A stretch of DNA of 64,000 bases from Candidatus Hydrogenedentales bacterium (GCA_050950105.1 JBMNGZ010000008.1:22167-86166), one strand, 5' to 3'. Numbered from the stretch's first letter, positions 52,358 to 62,560 are shown. Notes: a model not told the origin generated them from the letters alone. Made by a program: numbers and translations.

Positions 52358-54847
52358 ATGCGATATGACCGCGGATGCTGGACATGGTGGTTTTCTGCAG
52401 GCGCGTTGCTTTTGCTGGCTGCCGTTCTGACGGCGGGCCCTGAGGCAGGTGCTGCGGAACCCGTTTCGGACGCAGCCGTAGAGCGGATGGAGCGCAATGT
52501 TCCGCAGCCGCTGCCCGGGCATCCGGGAAATGTCTTTCTTGCAGGCGAGGCGGTCGAGATACCGAGTCCCCCGGACAGCGCGTGGACCCAGTTTCGTGTC
52601 CTGGATGACGCCGGCGAAACACAAGGCGGCGGTGCGCGCGAAAACGGCGCCACGCAGGTCGCGGCGGGGACGCTCCCAGCCGGATGGTACCGGATTGAGT
52701 TCCTGGACGCCGGCGGGAAGGCAGTGGCGCAGACCTCCGCGGCAGTCCTGGTTCCTCTGACCGCGCCGATCCCCCTGGATTCACCGATCTGCATTGATAC
52801 GGCGATGGCGTGGTTTGCGCGGAGGGACGCGGAAAAACAACGCGCGTTTGCGTCGCTTGCGGCGCTGGCGGGCATGAACTGGTCGCGTGACCGTTTGTCA
52901 TGGGGTGAGCTTGAGACCGAGCCGGGCGTCTTCGCGCAAGACGGCACCTCGTACGATACCGCGGCATCTGCGGCAGCGGCCGAGGGCCTGAACGTGTTGC
53001 AGGTATTTCATCATACGCCGCCGTGGGCTCAAAATGTCGAGCTGGACAGCACCCGGCCGGGCGGGCGCTTTCCACGGGATCTCCGGGCGCTTTACCGGCT
53101 TTGCGAGGCCCTGGCTATACGATACCAAGGGCGCGTGCAGGCCTGGGAACCGTGGAACGAGGCAAATATCACGTCGTTTGGCGGCCATTTGATCAACGAG
53201 ATGTGTTCGTTCCAGAAGGCGGCATTTCTGGCCTTCAAGGCGGGCGATCCGGAACTCACGGTCTGCTGGAATGTGTACGCAGGCAGTGGCTCCGCATTGC
53301 ATACCGAGGGCGTCTTGTTGAATGAAGCCTGGCCCTATTTCGACACCTACAACATCCATACCTACAGCGCCCCCGCCAATTATCTGGCCGAGTTCGAAGG
53401 GCCCCGAAACGCTGCCAGCGGAAAGCCTATCTGGTTGACGGAATGCGGTATACGCCTCAAAGCCGCCGACCCCGAGCCCGAGGCGGAGATGTCGGAAGAG
53501 GACGAATTACAGCAGGCCTGGTTTGTGGCGCCGTCGTATGCGTCGAGCTTGTATTCGGGTGTGGAGCGCCATTTCTTTTTCATCCTTGGAAATTATTTCG
53601 AGCGGGGCATCCAGTTTGGCCTGCTGCGCCATGACCTGACCCCGCGGCCCGGGTACGTGGCGCTGGCGTCCGTCGGCCGCCTCCTTGCGAGCGCGCGGCC
53701 TCTCGGGCGCCACTGCATTGACGCCGAGGCCAATGCCTGGGCATACGCATTTCATGCCCGGCCGGAGGGGCGGCCCGCCGAAGTGCTTGTGGCCTGGGCG
53801 GACACCGCGTTCTCCTGGCAACCCGTTTTTGCCCGTGCCCCCGTGGCGGTTCATGATTATCTGGGCCGGGCCCTGGCGGACGAAGCAGCGCTGGAGCTGG
53901 GTCCGGCTGCCGTCTTTGTAGTGCTTCCGGAGGGAACCTGCGGACAGCTGGCGCTGGAACCCCCGCCGCCGCTCGCGATGTTGCGCGAGGGGACGCCCTC
54001 GCCGGTGGTCTTGCAGGCGGAGTTCCCGCAGGAAACCGTGCGGCTGGAACCGCAGGCCTACGAACTGACCGCAGGCGAGCCGGCTGCCATGCCGCTGTGG
54101 GTGTACAACTTCAGCGCCGAACCGGTCGAAGGACGCCTCGCCGTGGACCGCGCGCCGGCTGACTGGCGGGTGGAACTGCCCGGCGGGCTGATTCAAATCC
54201 CGCCGTTTGAGGGTATCCCGCTGATGCTGGACCTGGCGCTGCCCACGAACGGCCGGCCCGCGCTGGTGGGCGAATGGGTGCACATCCGGGGTGATTTCGG
54301 GGCTGCGGGACAGCCCGTGCTGGCATTCCGGCTGATCGGCGAGCGGGGCAGCCTGGCGCCCCTAAGCGTGCACGCCATTGAAGCGGCTGCCGACCCCGCC
54401 CGATGGGAAGAAAATATCGTTGAGGGGGCGTCCATGGTGCACCAGGTTGCTGAGGACGGCGCGCAGGTGTTTACGATGCAGTTTGGCGATGGGGAGCCGT
54501 GGTCGTATCCGCGGCTACGACTGGAACCGGCCGAACGGCCTTCTGACGATGACGACGGCCTCGCGGTCACCGTGGACCTGATCGAAGGAGAAGGCTCCGT
54601 CAACGCGCAATTCATAGAGGAATCCGGCGCAACCTATGTGGCCCGCTTGGGCGCGCCGTCCGCGGGCGATGGACCGCAACGAGTAATGGCGCTGTTTTCG
54701 GAGGCGCGCTGGGCCAGCTATTCGCGTCCGGATCCGAACGGTCGCCTGGATCCCGGGCAAATTTCAATCATCCTCATCGGGCTGAGTTCCCGGCGCAACA
54801 CGCGCGCTGAACTGGCCCTAGCTGACCCCGCGTGGGTGCGGTACTGA
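52358..54847 (+). CDS. secreted glycoside hydrolase, TIM-barrel clan GH-A-like catalytic domain (GH39/GH5-like) with large C-terminal beta-rich region
   Basis: Shows a signal peptide (MRYDRGCWTWWFSAGALLLLAAVLTAG) and acid/base-like (WEPWNEANI) and nucleophile-like (IWLTECGI) motifs in the expected order. Confidence 0.45.
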   Translation: MRYDRGCWTWWFSAGALLLLAAVLTAGPEAGAAEPVSDAAVERMERNVPQPLPGHPGNVFLAGEAVEIPSPPDSAWTQFRVLDDAGETQGGGARENGATQVAAGTLPAGWYRIEFLDAGGKAVAQTSAAVLVPLTAPIPLDSPICIDTAMAWFARRDAEKQRAFASLAALAGMNWSRDRLSWGELETEPGVFAQDGTSYDTAASAAAAEGLNVLQVFHHTPPWAQNVELDSTRPGGRFPRDLRALYRLCEALAIRYQGRVQAWEPWNEANITSFGGHLINEMCSFQKAAFLAFKAGDPELTVCWNVYAGSGSALHTEGVLLNEAWPYFDTYNIHTYSAPANYLAEFEGPRNAASGKPIWLTECGIRLKAADPEPEAEMSEEDELQQAWFVAPSYASSLYSGVERHFFFILGNYFERGIQFGLLRHDLTPRPGYVALASVGRLLASARPLGRHCIDAEANAWAYAFHARPEGRPAEVLVAWADTAFSWQPVFARAPVAVHDYLGRALADEAALELGPAAVFVVLPEGTCGQLALEPPPPLAMLREGTPSPVVLQAEFPQETVRLEPQAYELTAGEPAAMPLWVYNFSAEPVEGRLAVDRAPADWRVELPGGLIQIPPFEGIPLMLDLALPTNGRPALVGEWVHIRGDFGAAGQPVLAFRLIGERGSLAPLSVHAIEAAADPARWEENIVEGASMVHQVAEDGAQVFTMQFGDGEPWSYPRLRLEPAERPSDDDDGLAVTVDLIEGEGSVNAQFIEESGATYVARLGAPSAGDGPQRVMALFSEARWASYSRPDPNGRLDPGQISIILIGLSSRRNTRAELALADPAWVRY

Positions 54848-54999
54848 GCCGTCTGTTTGGCTACATAGATATATTTGACCAGACATAATCCCGTAACGTA
54901 TTGTGACGGGCATGTTTCGAAGAACTGAATTCGCCGTATGTCCGTCGATCCCGGCACCTAAGCCAAGCATGGGTGACGGGCCTGGGCGGGATGTGAAAT

Positions 55000-55028
55000 T
55001 TGAGGCGCCGTAGTCGCTCTGATATGAT
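55000..55028 (+). promoter_or_regulatory. putative sigma-70-type promoter of the rpsF-ssb-rpsR operon
   Basis: TTGAGG (55000-55005), a 17-nt spacer, then TATGAT (55023-55028). The Shine-Dalgarno AAAGGAGGTG precedes the GTG at 55079. Confidence 0.4.
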
Positions 55029-55078
55029 ATGCACTTCGTGCTTCTGGCAACAATCTACAAAAAAGGAGGTGAATACTA

Positions 55079-55585
55079 GTGCGGACATACGAAGCGCTCT
55101 ACATCGTCCATCCGGAAGTAAAGGACGATGAGATCCAGACGATAGCCAACAACGTCGAGACGCTTGTCACCGACAACGGCGGAGCTATCGTGCGCTCGGA
55201 GATCCAGGGCAAACGCAAATTGGCCTACGAGGTCAAGCGCTGCACCGAAGGTTGCTACGTGCTGTTGCGGTTCCAGGCGGAACCGCCGTGCATCACGAAG
55301 CTGGAAACTTATTTCCGGCTTGCGGAAACCATCATTCGCAGCCTGGTGGTCTATTTCGACGAGCACACGTTACGTCTCGAAGCCGAACAGGAAAAACGGA
55401 GGCAGTTGGAGCTGCAGGCGAGCGCCGCGGCACGGTCATCGGACGGCGAGGAAGATGACGACGGCCGTGGGCGCAGGCGGCGCTCCCCGCGTCATCGCGA
55501 CGACGACGATGACGACGCCGATGACGACCGGGAGCGGGGACGCCGGAAACGGCCCGCGCGGCCGGCGGCATCCGATGACGAATAA
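55079..55585 (+). CDS. rpsF: 30S ribosomal protein S6 with a ~70-aa highly charged C-terminal extension
   Basis: Shows MRTYEALYIVHPEV...GKRKLAYEV. The tail is RRRRSPRHRDDDDDDADDDRERGRRKRPARPAASDDE. Confidence 0.9.
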   Translation: MRTYEALYIVHPEVKDDEIQTIANNVETLVTDNGGAIVRSEIQGKRKLAYEVKRCTEGCYVLLRFQAEPPCITKLETYFRLAETIIRSLVVYFDEHTLRLEAEQEKRRQLELQASAAARSSDGEEDDDGRGRRRRSPRHRDDDDDDADDDRERGRRKRPARPAASDDE

Positions 55586-55612
55586 CGCATCAACGCTTGG
55601 AGGGATAGACGG

Positions 55613-56038
55613 ATGGCAGATCTGCGGATGCCGGACCTGAATAAGGTTTTCCTGGCGGGTCGCTTGACGCGCGATCCAGAGCTGCGTTACCTGTCCAGCG
55701 GAACCCCTTTATGCCGGATGGGCCTGGCGGTTAGCCGCTTTTACAAAACCCGGGAAGGTGAACGCCGCGAAGAGACCCTTTTTGTGGACGTGGTTGCGTG
55801 GCGAGGCACAGCGGAGTATTGCGGCGAAAACCTCAAAAAAGGCCGCCCTATCCTCGTGGAAGGGACGCTTCGCAGCGACCATTGGGAAGACAAGACCACC
55901 GGACAGAAACGCAGCAAAATTGAAGTGCAGGCAGATCGCATCCAGACCCTGGACTGGGACTCGGACGGCGGAACCGGCGGAAAACCCGCGCCGCGGGTCA
56001 TTGAAGAGCCGATTCCCGAAGACGACGTCCCGTTTTAG
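55613..56038 (+). CDS. ssb: single-stranded DNA-binding protein
   Basis: Shows the OB fold (LNKVFLAGRLTRDPELRY...LFVDVVAWRGTAE), a Gly-rich linker, and a C-terminal acidic tip ending in EDDVPF. Confidence 0.9.
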   Translation: MADLRMPDLNKVFLAGRLTRDPELRYLSSGTPLCRMGLAVSRFYKTREGERREETLFVDVVAWRGTAEYCGENLKKGRPILVEGTLRSDHWEDKTTGQKRSKIEVQADRIQTLDWDSDGGTGGKPAPRVIEEPIPEDDVPF

Positions 56039-56071
56039 CACTAGGCTTTCTGAACCAGGAGTGACTACACA

Positions 56072-56335
56072 ATGGCACGAGCAATGGGTAAACGGTCGAA
56101 AAAGCGCAGAAAAAAGAAGCGCGGTACCGGCCGGGCCAAGGTCTGCCGGTTAACGGTCGACCGGGTTGTATATATCGATTACAAAGACGTGAACCTTCTG
56201 AAGCATTACGTGACAGAACGCGGAAAGATTATTCCGCGCCGTATCACCGGGGCGACAGCCCAGCATCAGCGCATGTTGACCCGCGCCATCAAGCTGGCGC
56301 GTCAGATCGCGCTATTGCCGTACGTGGCGGATTGA
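56072..56335 (+). CDS. rpsR: 30S ribosomal protein S18
   Basis: Shows the KRR-rich N-terminus and the conserved region [26 protein letters not shown]. Confidence 0.9.
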   Translation: MARAMGKRSKKRRKKKRGTGRAKVCRLTVDRVVYIDYKDVNLLKHYVTERGKIIPRRITGATAQHQRMLTRAIKLARQIALLPYVAD

Positions 56336-56348
56336 TCGGGGCGGGCGC

Positions 56349-57335
56349 GTGGCGGCCAACAGCCTCGTAACGACGCTTCGTTACTCCATGGCGCTCGCGG
56401 GCGCGGGGCTGTTTTGCGCCATGCTGTCGTGGGCGGGAGCCAACCCGGTTGCGCCGCTGCCGTTTATTCTGCTGGTTGCGGTGTACTGGGCTACCGGGCG
56501 TTATTGGCTGGCCGGTGCAGCCGTGGCCTGCGCCATAGTGATTGGCACGGGCGCGACCCTGCGGCTGCAGGCAGGCCTGTTTTACGGCCTGCTTGTGCTG
56601 GCGGGCGCCGCGCTGGGGTCGGGAATCCGCCGCCAATGGAGTCTGGGCACGCTGGTCGCCATGGTTTCGGGATGGATGACCGGAACGTTTGCGGCGTTTC
56701 TCGTGCTGCATCTCACTTGGAGTGGATGGGCGCAGCAGGCCTCGGCCTCGTACGAGATGCTGGTGGCGCAGGCGCACGACGCCTCAAGCGCTTCGGCCAG
56801 CCAGCAGGCGGCTCAGGAAGCGCTGCGATGGTTGCTGGTGGAACATTGGGCCGACGTCAGCGTTGGATTGATGTTCGGCTCGTTCCTCGTCTGCGCGGCC
56901 CTGGCGGCGGCTACTGCGTCCGCATGGCTGCGTTTGCGGTACGGCCTGCCGGGCCCCCGCACGACCTTTGGCGCGATGCGGCCGTCCGAATGGCTTGTGT
57001 GGCCCGCGATTCTGTGCGCGGTGCTATGGTATGTAGAGCAGCGGTCGCCGAATAGTGTGCTTCGAGCCCTGACCTGGAATACCGCGATCGGGCTGGCTGC
57101 GATATACTGGCTCAACGGGCTGAGTATAGCGGTGTACGCAATACGCCGTATACAACCTCCGGTGTTCGTCGTGGTGGCCGTGGTCATCTTTCTGGCGTAC
57201 GTGGGGGGCTGGCTCCTGGGTTTTGCCGGGCTCTTCGACACCTGGTGGGAGTTGCGCGGCAAAGTGGACCGCCTCGTTGCGATGCGCGATAAGCTCCGCG
57301 AAGGTCCCGGCGGCGATGGGCCGCCCGGAGCGTGA
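56349..57335 (+). CDS. DUF2232-family integral membrane protein (YybS-like)
   Basis: A polytopic membrane protein. The call is mainly positional (rpsR-DUF2232-rplI-dnaB as in Bacillota). Confidence 0.45.
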   Translation: MAANSLVTTLRYSMALAGAGLFCAMLSWAGANPVAPLPFILLVAVYWATGRYWLAGAAVACAIVIGTGATLRLQAGLFYGLLVLAGAALGSGIRRQWSLGTLVAMVSGWMTGTFAAFLVLHLTWSGWAQQASASYEMLVAQAHDASSASASQQAAQEALRWLLVEHWADVSVGLMFGSFLVCAALAAATASAWLRLRYGLPGPRTTFGAMRPSEWLVWPAILCAVLWYVEQRSPNSVLRALTWNTAIGLAAIYWLNGLSIAVYAIRRIQPPVFVVVAVVIFLAYVGGWLLGFAGLFDTWWELRGKVDRLVAMRDKLREGPGGDGPPGA

Positions 57336-57411
57336 ATTCATAAACGCGTGAGAAGCCGGACCGGCAACCCGCCGGACGGCGGATAGGCAGACTTTAAGGG
57401 AGGTGGATGCC

Positions 57412-57987
57412 GTGAAGGTAATCCTGAGTGAAAATGTGCCGCATCTGGGCGATATGGGCGCCACGATCAATGTAAAAGACGGTTACGCCCGCAATTTTCT
57501 GTTCCCACGGAAACTGGCTGTGCCGGCCGATTCGGGGACTGCGAAAGAGCTGGAGCATCAGCGTCGGCAGATCGCGCGACGCGAGGAGAAAGTGCGCGCG
57601 GGACTGACGCAGGCAGCCAAGGAACTCGAAGGGTTGACCCTCGAGATCAAGGCGCGCGCGGGGGAGAACGAGAAGATCTTCGGGTCGGTTACCACCGGAA
57701 TGCTCGCGGAGAAGCTGCGCGAACTGGGGCATGAGTTTGACCGGCGGCAGATCGAGCTGGAAGAGCCGATCAAGAGCCTCGGCATTTACTCGGTGCCGCT
57801 GCGCCTCATGCAAGGCATTACAGCCAACCTGAAAGTCTGGGTGAGCGCGACGGAGCCCGAAGAAGCGGCGGAAACCAAGACGGTCGAGGCTGAGTCGGCC
57901 AAGGAAGCTGAGGAGACGCCTGAACCGGCCGCAGATACCCCGCAGGAAGCACAGGAAGCAACCGACGAAGCCTCCACCGAGGAGTAA
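57412..57987 (+). CDS. rplI: 50S ribosomal protein L9 with acidic C-terminal extension
   Basis: The GTG at 57412 (VKVILSEN, GGGAGGTGG upstream) is read as MKVIL. Conserved NVKDGYARNFLFPRKLAV is present. The tail is about 45 aa, rich in E/A/T. Confidence 0.85.
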   Translation: MKVILSENVPHLGDMGATINVKDGYARNFLFPRKLAVPADSGTAKELEHQRRQIARREEKVRAGLTQAAKELEGLTLEIKARAGENEKIFGSVTTGMLAEKLRELGHEFDRRQIELEEPIKSLGIYSVPLRLMQGITANLKVWVSATEPEEAAETKTVEAESAKEAEETPEPAADTPQEAQEATDEASTEE

Positions 57988-57993
57988 ACAGCG

Positions 57994-59457
57994 GTGGCGA
58001 CCCGCCCTAAAGCCGACCCGGTCTTTGACCGTACGCCCCCGCACGATATCGACGCGGAGCGGGCGGTGCTTGGAGCGATGCTGCTCGATTCCGACGCCGT
58101 TGGCGCCGCGATTGAGATCTTGCGCGAAAATCCTGCGGAAATGTTTTACGCGCCCGCGCACCAGCGCCTCTACGGCGCGATATTGTCGCTGTATCGCAAC
58201 AACACGGCGGTGGATTCCACGACGCTGGTCCACCAACTCAATCGGGACGGCGCCCTTGACGAGGCGGGCGGAGCCAGCTACGTCGCCGAACTGACCAGCG
58301 CGGTCCCGACCTCGGCCAATATCGAGCACTATGCCCGCATCGTGCTCGATGCCGCCGTGCTTCGGCGTACGATCACCGTCTGCACGCGGATCATCGGCAA
58401 AGCATACGAAGCGCGGGATGACGTCAACGAGCTGCTCGACAACGCCGAAGCCGACATCTTCGCCATTGCCGAAAAACGACAGCTCAATCCCATCCTGCAT
58501 GTAGGGCAATTGCTTCGGCCCGCCGTCGAGAAGATCGAAAGCATCATCAAGTCGCATAAGGGCATTACCGGTATCGAAACCGGTTTTTCCCGGTTGGACG
58601 AGCTGCTTTCGGGATTTCAGGCATCGGACATGATCGTCCTGGCGGCGCGTCCGTCGGTGGGCAAAACGGCGCTCGCCCTCAACATGGCGCGCCACGTCGC
58701 CGTGCACAATGGCCAGTCGGCGCTGGTGTTCAGCCTGGAAATGGCGAAAGAACAGCTGGTGCAACGCATGATCTGCATGGAAGGGCAGATCGATTCGGGT
58801 AAATTGCGCACGGGTTTTCTCGCGAAACAGGTCTTCTCGAAACTCCAGCTCGCCGCAGGAAAACTCAACACGGCCCCCATCTTCATCGACGACACGCCGA
58901 ACATCAGCATCCTGGAATTGCGGTCTAAGGCGCGCCGCCACGCGTCACAACACGCGCTCGACCTGATCATCATCGACTACCTTCAGCTCATGAACGTGGG
59001 GGGGCGCCGCCTCGAAAACCGGCAGCAGGAAATCTCGGAGATCTCGCGTGCCGTCAAAGGGCTCGCCCGCGAACTCAAGGTCCCCGTGCTGGCCCTGTCG
59101 CAGTTGAGCCGCGAGGCCGAAAAAGACGATTCCGGCATCCCCAAACTCTCGCACCTGCGCGAATCGGGCGCCATCGAGCAGGACGCCGATGTCGTGCTGA
59201 TGTTGTCGCGCATGACAAGCGAAGAGACCGAACACATGCATCAGAACAAAATTCGCCTGAACGTGGTCAAACAGCGCAATGGTCCCACCGGCGAGGTACA
59301 CCTGCTGTTTGACAAGCCCATGCAGCGTTTTGGCGACCTTGTCGCAGGCGCGGGAGGACGGCGCATGGAAGAGCCACCTCCTGGTGTCGGCGAATACGAG
59401 CACGATACCTACGACACGCGCCCAGTAGACGACGGCGAGGACGACGTTCCCTTCTGA
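57994..59457 (+). CDS. dnaB: replicative DNA helicase DnaB
   Basis: Shows the N-terminal domain (PPHDIDAERAVLGAMLL), Walker A (ARPSVGKTALAL), Walker B (IIIDYLQLM), and SQLSRE / RNGPTG motifs. The C-terminal tail ends in DDGEDDVPF. Confidence 0.9.
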   Translation: MATRPKADPVFDRTPPHDIDAERAVLGAMLLDSDAVGAAIEILRENPAEMFYAPAHQRLYGAILSLYRNNTAVDSTTLVHQLNRDGALDEAGGASYVAELTSAVPTSANIEHYARIVLDAAVLRRTITVCTRIIGKAYEARDDVNELLDNAEADIFAIAEKRQLNPILHVGQLLRPAVEKIESIIKSHKGITGIETGFSRLDELLSGFQASDMIVLAARPSVGKTALALNMARHVAVHNGQSALVFSLEMAKEQLVQRMICMEGQIDSGKLRTGFLAKQVFSKLQLAAGKLNTAPIFIDDTPNISILELRSKARRHASQHALDLIIIDYLQLMNVGGRRLENRQQEISEISRAVKGLARELKVPVLALSQLSREAEKDDSGIPKLSHLRESGAIEQDADVVLMLSRMTSEETEHMHQNKIRLNVVKQRNGPTGEVHLLFDKPMQRFGDLVAGAGGRRMEEPPPGVGEYEHDTYDTRPVDDGEDDVPF

Positions 59458-59546
59458 ATGCCGGCATGAGCTGCGGCCGGTTGCCGCGCAGAACCCGTGC
59501 CCGAAGCGTGTATCCGTGTCGCGCGCTGTATGGCTGCTCCCCGCAA

Positions 59547-62300
59547 TCACCTGCCTTCGATGCTGATATCGTCGATATAGAACGCGGTTTCCGCGTCTGC
59601 GTTCGAGACGAAGCCGAACCAGTCGAGGCGCTTGATCCCTTCCCCGGTCTGTCGCAGGCTCTCAAAGTGTCTGGGTTCCTGGCCGTCCACGGTAACCGTC
59701 AGGTCATAGGTTCCCGTGGCGTGGCGCCCGAGCGGGCACTCCATCTCAAACCGTACCCAGACCCCAAACGGCAGCTCCATCAACGTCTGTCCGTTTGCAA
59801 TGAGACGTCCGTCGCGAACCCAGAGGCTTGGCCCCACCCGGTACGGCGAATGGTTGTCGCGCCATTCGTGGAAAAACACCACGCCCGGCTCAAAGCGCCC
59901 TGAAAAGGCGCCAACGGCCGTGCCGGTCCGCAGGCGCGGTGCGTAGTGCATGTACGGCAGGAAGGCGTGTTTGAGGCCGGAAACATCCGTGAACTTGAGG
60001 CTGTGCGTGCCCGACGCGGCGGCCTCACGGGTGACGCGGATCGATGCGGCGCCTTCGCCCTCTGTCGTATACGCACCGCGGGCGGTCTCGTTCTCCGGGG
60101 TCTCTTCAAAATCATCCGCGATCGTAACGGGCTCGGGCACGGGAGGCGGCATGAAGGGTTCGCGCTCGATCTGCCTGGGTTTATTAACCCATTCCGGGTC
60201 GCCGTAGAGTCCCGGTTCGGTCAGGTCAAAAGGCTGAAATCCCAATTCCAGGGCCGGGGAGTCCGGATGAAGCCGGAAATCGCCGTGTTCGGGGTCGAGG
60301 AAACGCGGGTCAGCCACAATCGACTGCGCATCGTGACCCTCGGCCTGCCACTCTGAAAAATCGCGTCCCGCAAAATCGAGGTCGTCGCCGTCCGAATTCC
60401 AATAACAGTGGGCGTCGAGCCGGTAGTTGCCGTTCGCCCAGTGGACGCCGAGCATGGAGTCGTTGTTGGCGAAGACGATGTTGCGCTCGAGTATGAACGA
60501 GATGTGATCCTCTTCGCGTGACCGGCGTAGCTGCGGCCCGTGGGAGTACGCGAAGATGTTGTTGATGACGTGGTTTTCCTTGCCGTAATGCTGATGCAGG
60601 TTGCCGCTCCGCGTGTTGTAGACAAGATTGTTCTCGGCGACGATGTACGTGGAGCCCTCGTCGAAATAGATGCCCCAGCCGCCCGACACCTTCGGATACG
60701 AGAGCGAGTCGTGAAAAATGTTGTTGCGGATCACGGTTCCGGGCGAAACCCCGAGGGTATAGATGCTCCCCGTATCGCTCAACTGGCCTTTGGCCGTGTG
60801 GTGAACGTGGTTGTACTCGATGCGGTTGTGGTGGGCGCTGCTCGGCTGGAATCCCCACGACCACCCCACCGAAATGCCCGTATACCGGAAATCGCAGATC
60901 TCGTTGTGGGAGAGGGTATTGTAAGAGCTTCGGCCGATCCAGGCGCCGATCGCGCCGCGGTACCGTTTTCCGCCGTCGTGGATGAAGCAGTTGTCGACGG
61001 TGTTGCGCATGCATACGAGTGCGGCGGAAGCGGCGCTGCTGGTCTCGCCGATACGCACACCGCCCGCCCCCAGATCCGTGATCTCGCAGCGGACGAGGAG
61101 GTTGTCCTGGCAGCCGGCGCGGAACCAGACGCCATAATTGCCGACGTGGGCAATTTCACAATCCTCGATGAGGCAATGGCGGGCGCCGCGGGCTTCCACG
61201 GCAGCGTTGACCGCCACGGCCGCCTGTCCGCCGGGATATCCGGCCTCGGGCAGCGTGTATTCGGTGTAATTGAATCGCAGTCCCTTAAACGCCAAATGCT
61301 CGACGTAACTCTTTTCTTCGGGCTTGCCCGTGAGCAGGAGCAATTGCTGCGCCACAGGGGCGACCACGACCGTGGTGTCGGGCGTCTCGCCCGGCATTGG
61401 ATAGTAATACAGCGTGCCGGTCTTGCGGTTCAGATACCATTCGCCCGGCTGATCGAGGCCCTCGAAGAGATTTTCGATGAAAAAGCGCTGTCCGGCGGAC
61501 TGCCAATACCCCATCGGCCGGCCCGAGCCGCACGAAAACTCCATCGTATGATCCTCGAGATCCAAGGTCTTGACGAAATGCATGGACGTGTTCCACGAGT
61601 GAAACATGACGACCCAGGCATCCGGGAGGGACTCCCATTGCTGCACATCGCCCGCCTGGAAGCGGATTTTGTCTTTGCTGGGCTCTTCTTTGCCCGTGTC
61701 GGGATTTACCACGGTGACCTGGCCGGTGGTGTAGAAATAGTCCGTTTCTTCGGGGTAATCCCCCACGGGGTGCGCGGGATTGGGCGTGCGCGCGGGCTGC
61801 CGCCATTCTCCGTTGGCATAGAGGCCCGTGAAGACCCACCGGCCTTCGCGCACCTCGGGCAATTCCAGGGTCCACAGCGGGCCGTCCGTCTTCCACCCCG
61901 AGAGAACGCGTCCGCCGTGAATGACCGGCTCCTCTCCGGGATACGCCTCGTAGGTGATGGGCGCGGAAGCGGTACCCGAATCTTCCGGTCCAAAGGTGAT
62001 TGGCCCGGTGACGTGATAATTGCCGCCCCGGATCCGGATCTGAACCGGGCCCTGCGCGCGCACGGCGGGTTCACGGCTCCTGAGGGCATCGCGCGCGCCG
62101 GCGATCGTGGCAAAGGGCCCGTCCGTCCCATCGGTATTGGGCGCCTCAAAAGCGCCCGACCAGGCATCGTTGCCGTTGGGCGCGACGTAGACGATCGCGG
62201 CGCCGGAAAACTCCTGCGCCACTCCGAAGAAAGAGGCCAGCAGGAGACCCAGGCTCGCCAGCGCGGTTCGAGAATGCGATAGGGTGCTTCGTAGGGACAC
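59547..62300 (-). CDS. secreted right-handed parallel beta-helix protein (pectin-lyase-fold) with C-terminal beta-sandwich-like domain
   Basis: The GTG start at 62300 (rc) sits 7 nt after AGAGGAGG, giving MSLRSTLSHSRTALASLGLLLASFFGVAQE as a signal peptide. Many beta-helix rungs appear (NNIFHDS, ENNLVYNT, INNIFAYS). The longer ORF to 62615 lacks a Shine-Dalgarno. Confidence 0.5.
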   Translation of the reverse strand: MSLRSTLSHSRTALASLGLLLASFFGVAQEFSGAAIVYVAPNGNDAWSGAFEAPNTDGTDGPFATIAGARDALRSREPAVRAQGPVQIRIRGGNYHVTGPITFGPEDSGTASAPITYEAYPGEEPVIHGGRVLSGWKTDGPLWTLELPEVREGRWVFTGLYANGEWRQPARTPNPAHPVGDYPEETDYFYTTGQVTVVNPDTGKEEPSKDKIRFQAGDVQQWESLPDAWVVMFHSWNTSMHFVKTLDLEDHTMEFSCGSGRPMGYWQSAGQRFFIENLFEGLDQPGEWYLNRKTGTLYYYPMPGETPDTTVVVAPVAQQLLLLTGKPEEKSYVEHLAFKGLRFNYTEYTLPEAGYPGGQAAVAVNAAVEARGARHCLIEDCEIAHVGNYGVWFRAGCQDNLLVRCEITDLGAGGVRIGETSSAASAALVCMRNTVDNCFIHDGGKRYRGAIGAWIGRSSYNTLSHNEICDFRYTGISVGWSWGFQPSSAHHNRIEYNHVHHTAKGQLSDTGSIYTLGVSPGTVIRNNIFHDSLSYPKVSGGWGIYFDEGSTYIVAENNLVYNTRSGNLHQHYGKENHVINNIFAYSHGPQLRRSREEDHISFILERNIVFANNDSMLGVHWANGNYRLDAHCYWNSDGDDLDFAGRDFSEWQAEGHDAQSIVADPRFLDPEHGDFRLHPDSPALELGFQPFDLTEPGLYGDPEWVNKPRQIEREPFMPPPVPEPVTIADDFEETPENETARGAYTTEGEGAASIRVTREAAASGTHSLKFTDVSGLKHAFLPYMHYAPRLRTGTAVGAFSGRFEPGVVFFHEWRDNHSPYRVGPSLWVRDGRLIANGQTLMELPFGVWVRFEMECPLGRHATGTYDLTVTVDGQEPRHFESLRQTGEGIKRLDWFGFVSNADAETAFYIDDISIEGR

Positions 62301-62560
62301 GGAAGAACCTCCTCTGAATGGCGTGCGCTGCGCACGCGCAGCCGGGATACGCCGTGGGACTGTTTTCGACATCATTACGCACCAGGAGACAATATTCAAT
62401 GCGTGCACGTAGAACGTAAAGGTGCCGTGCTTCTTGCGTTCAGACAATGAGCGGGCTAGGATGAGTGGCGGGCCGCTTTCGATGTGGCCGGCACTCACGG
62501 CGCGTATACCGCAACGCAGCGGCGCGACCGCCGAAGTACGATGGAAGGAGGCACGATTCA

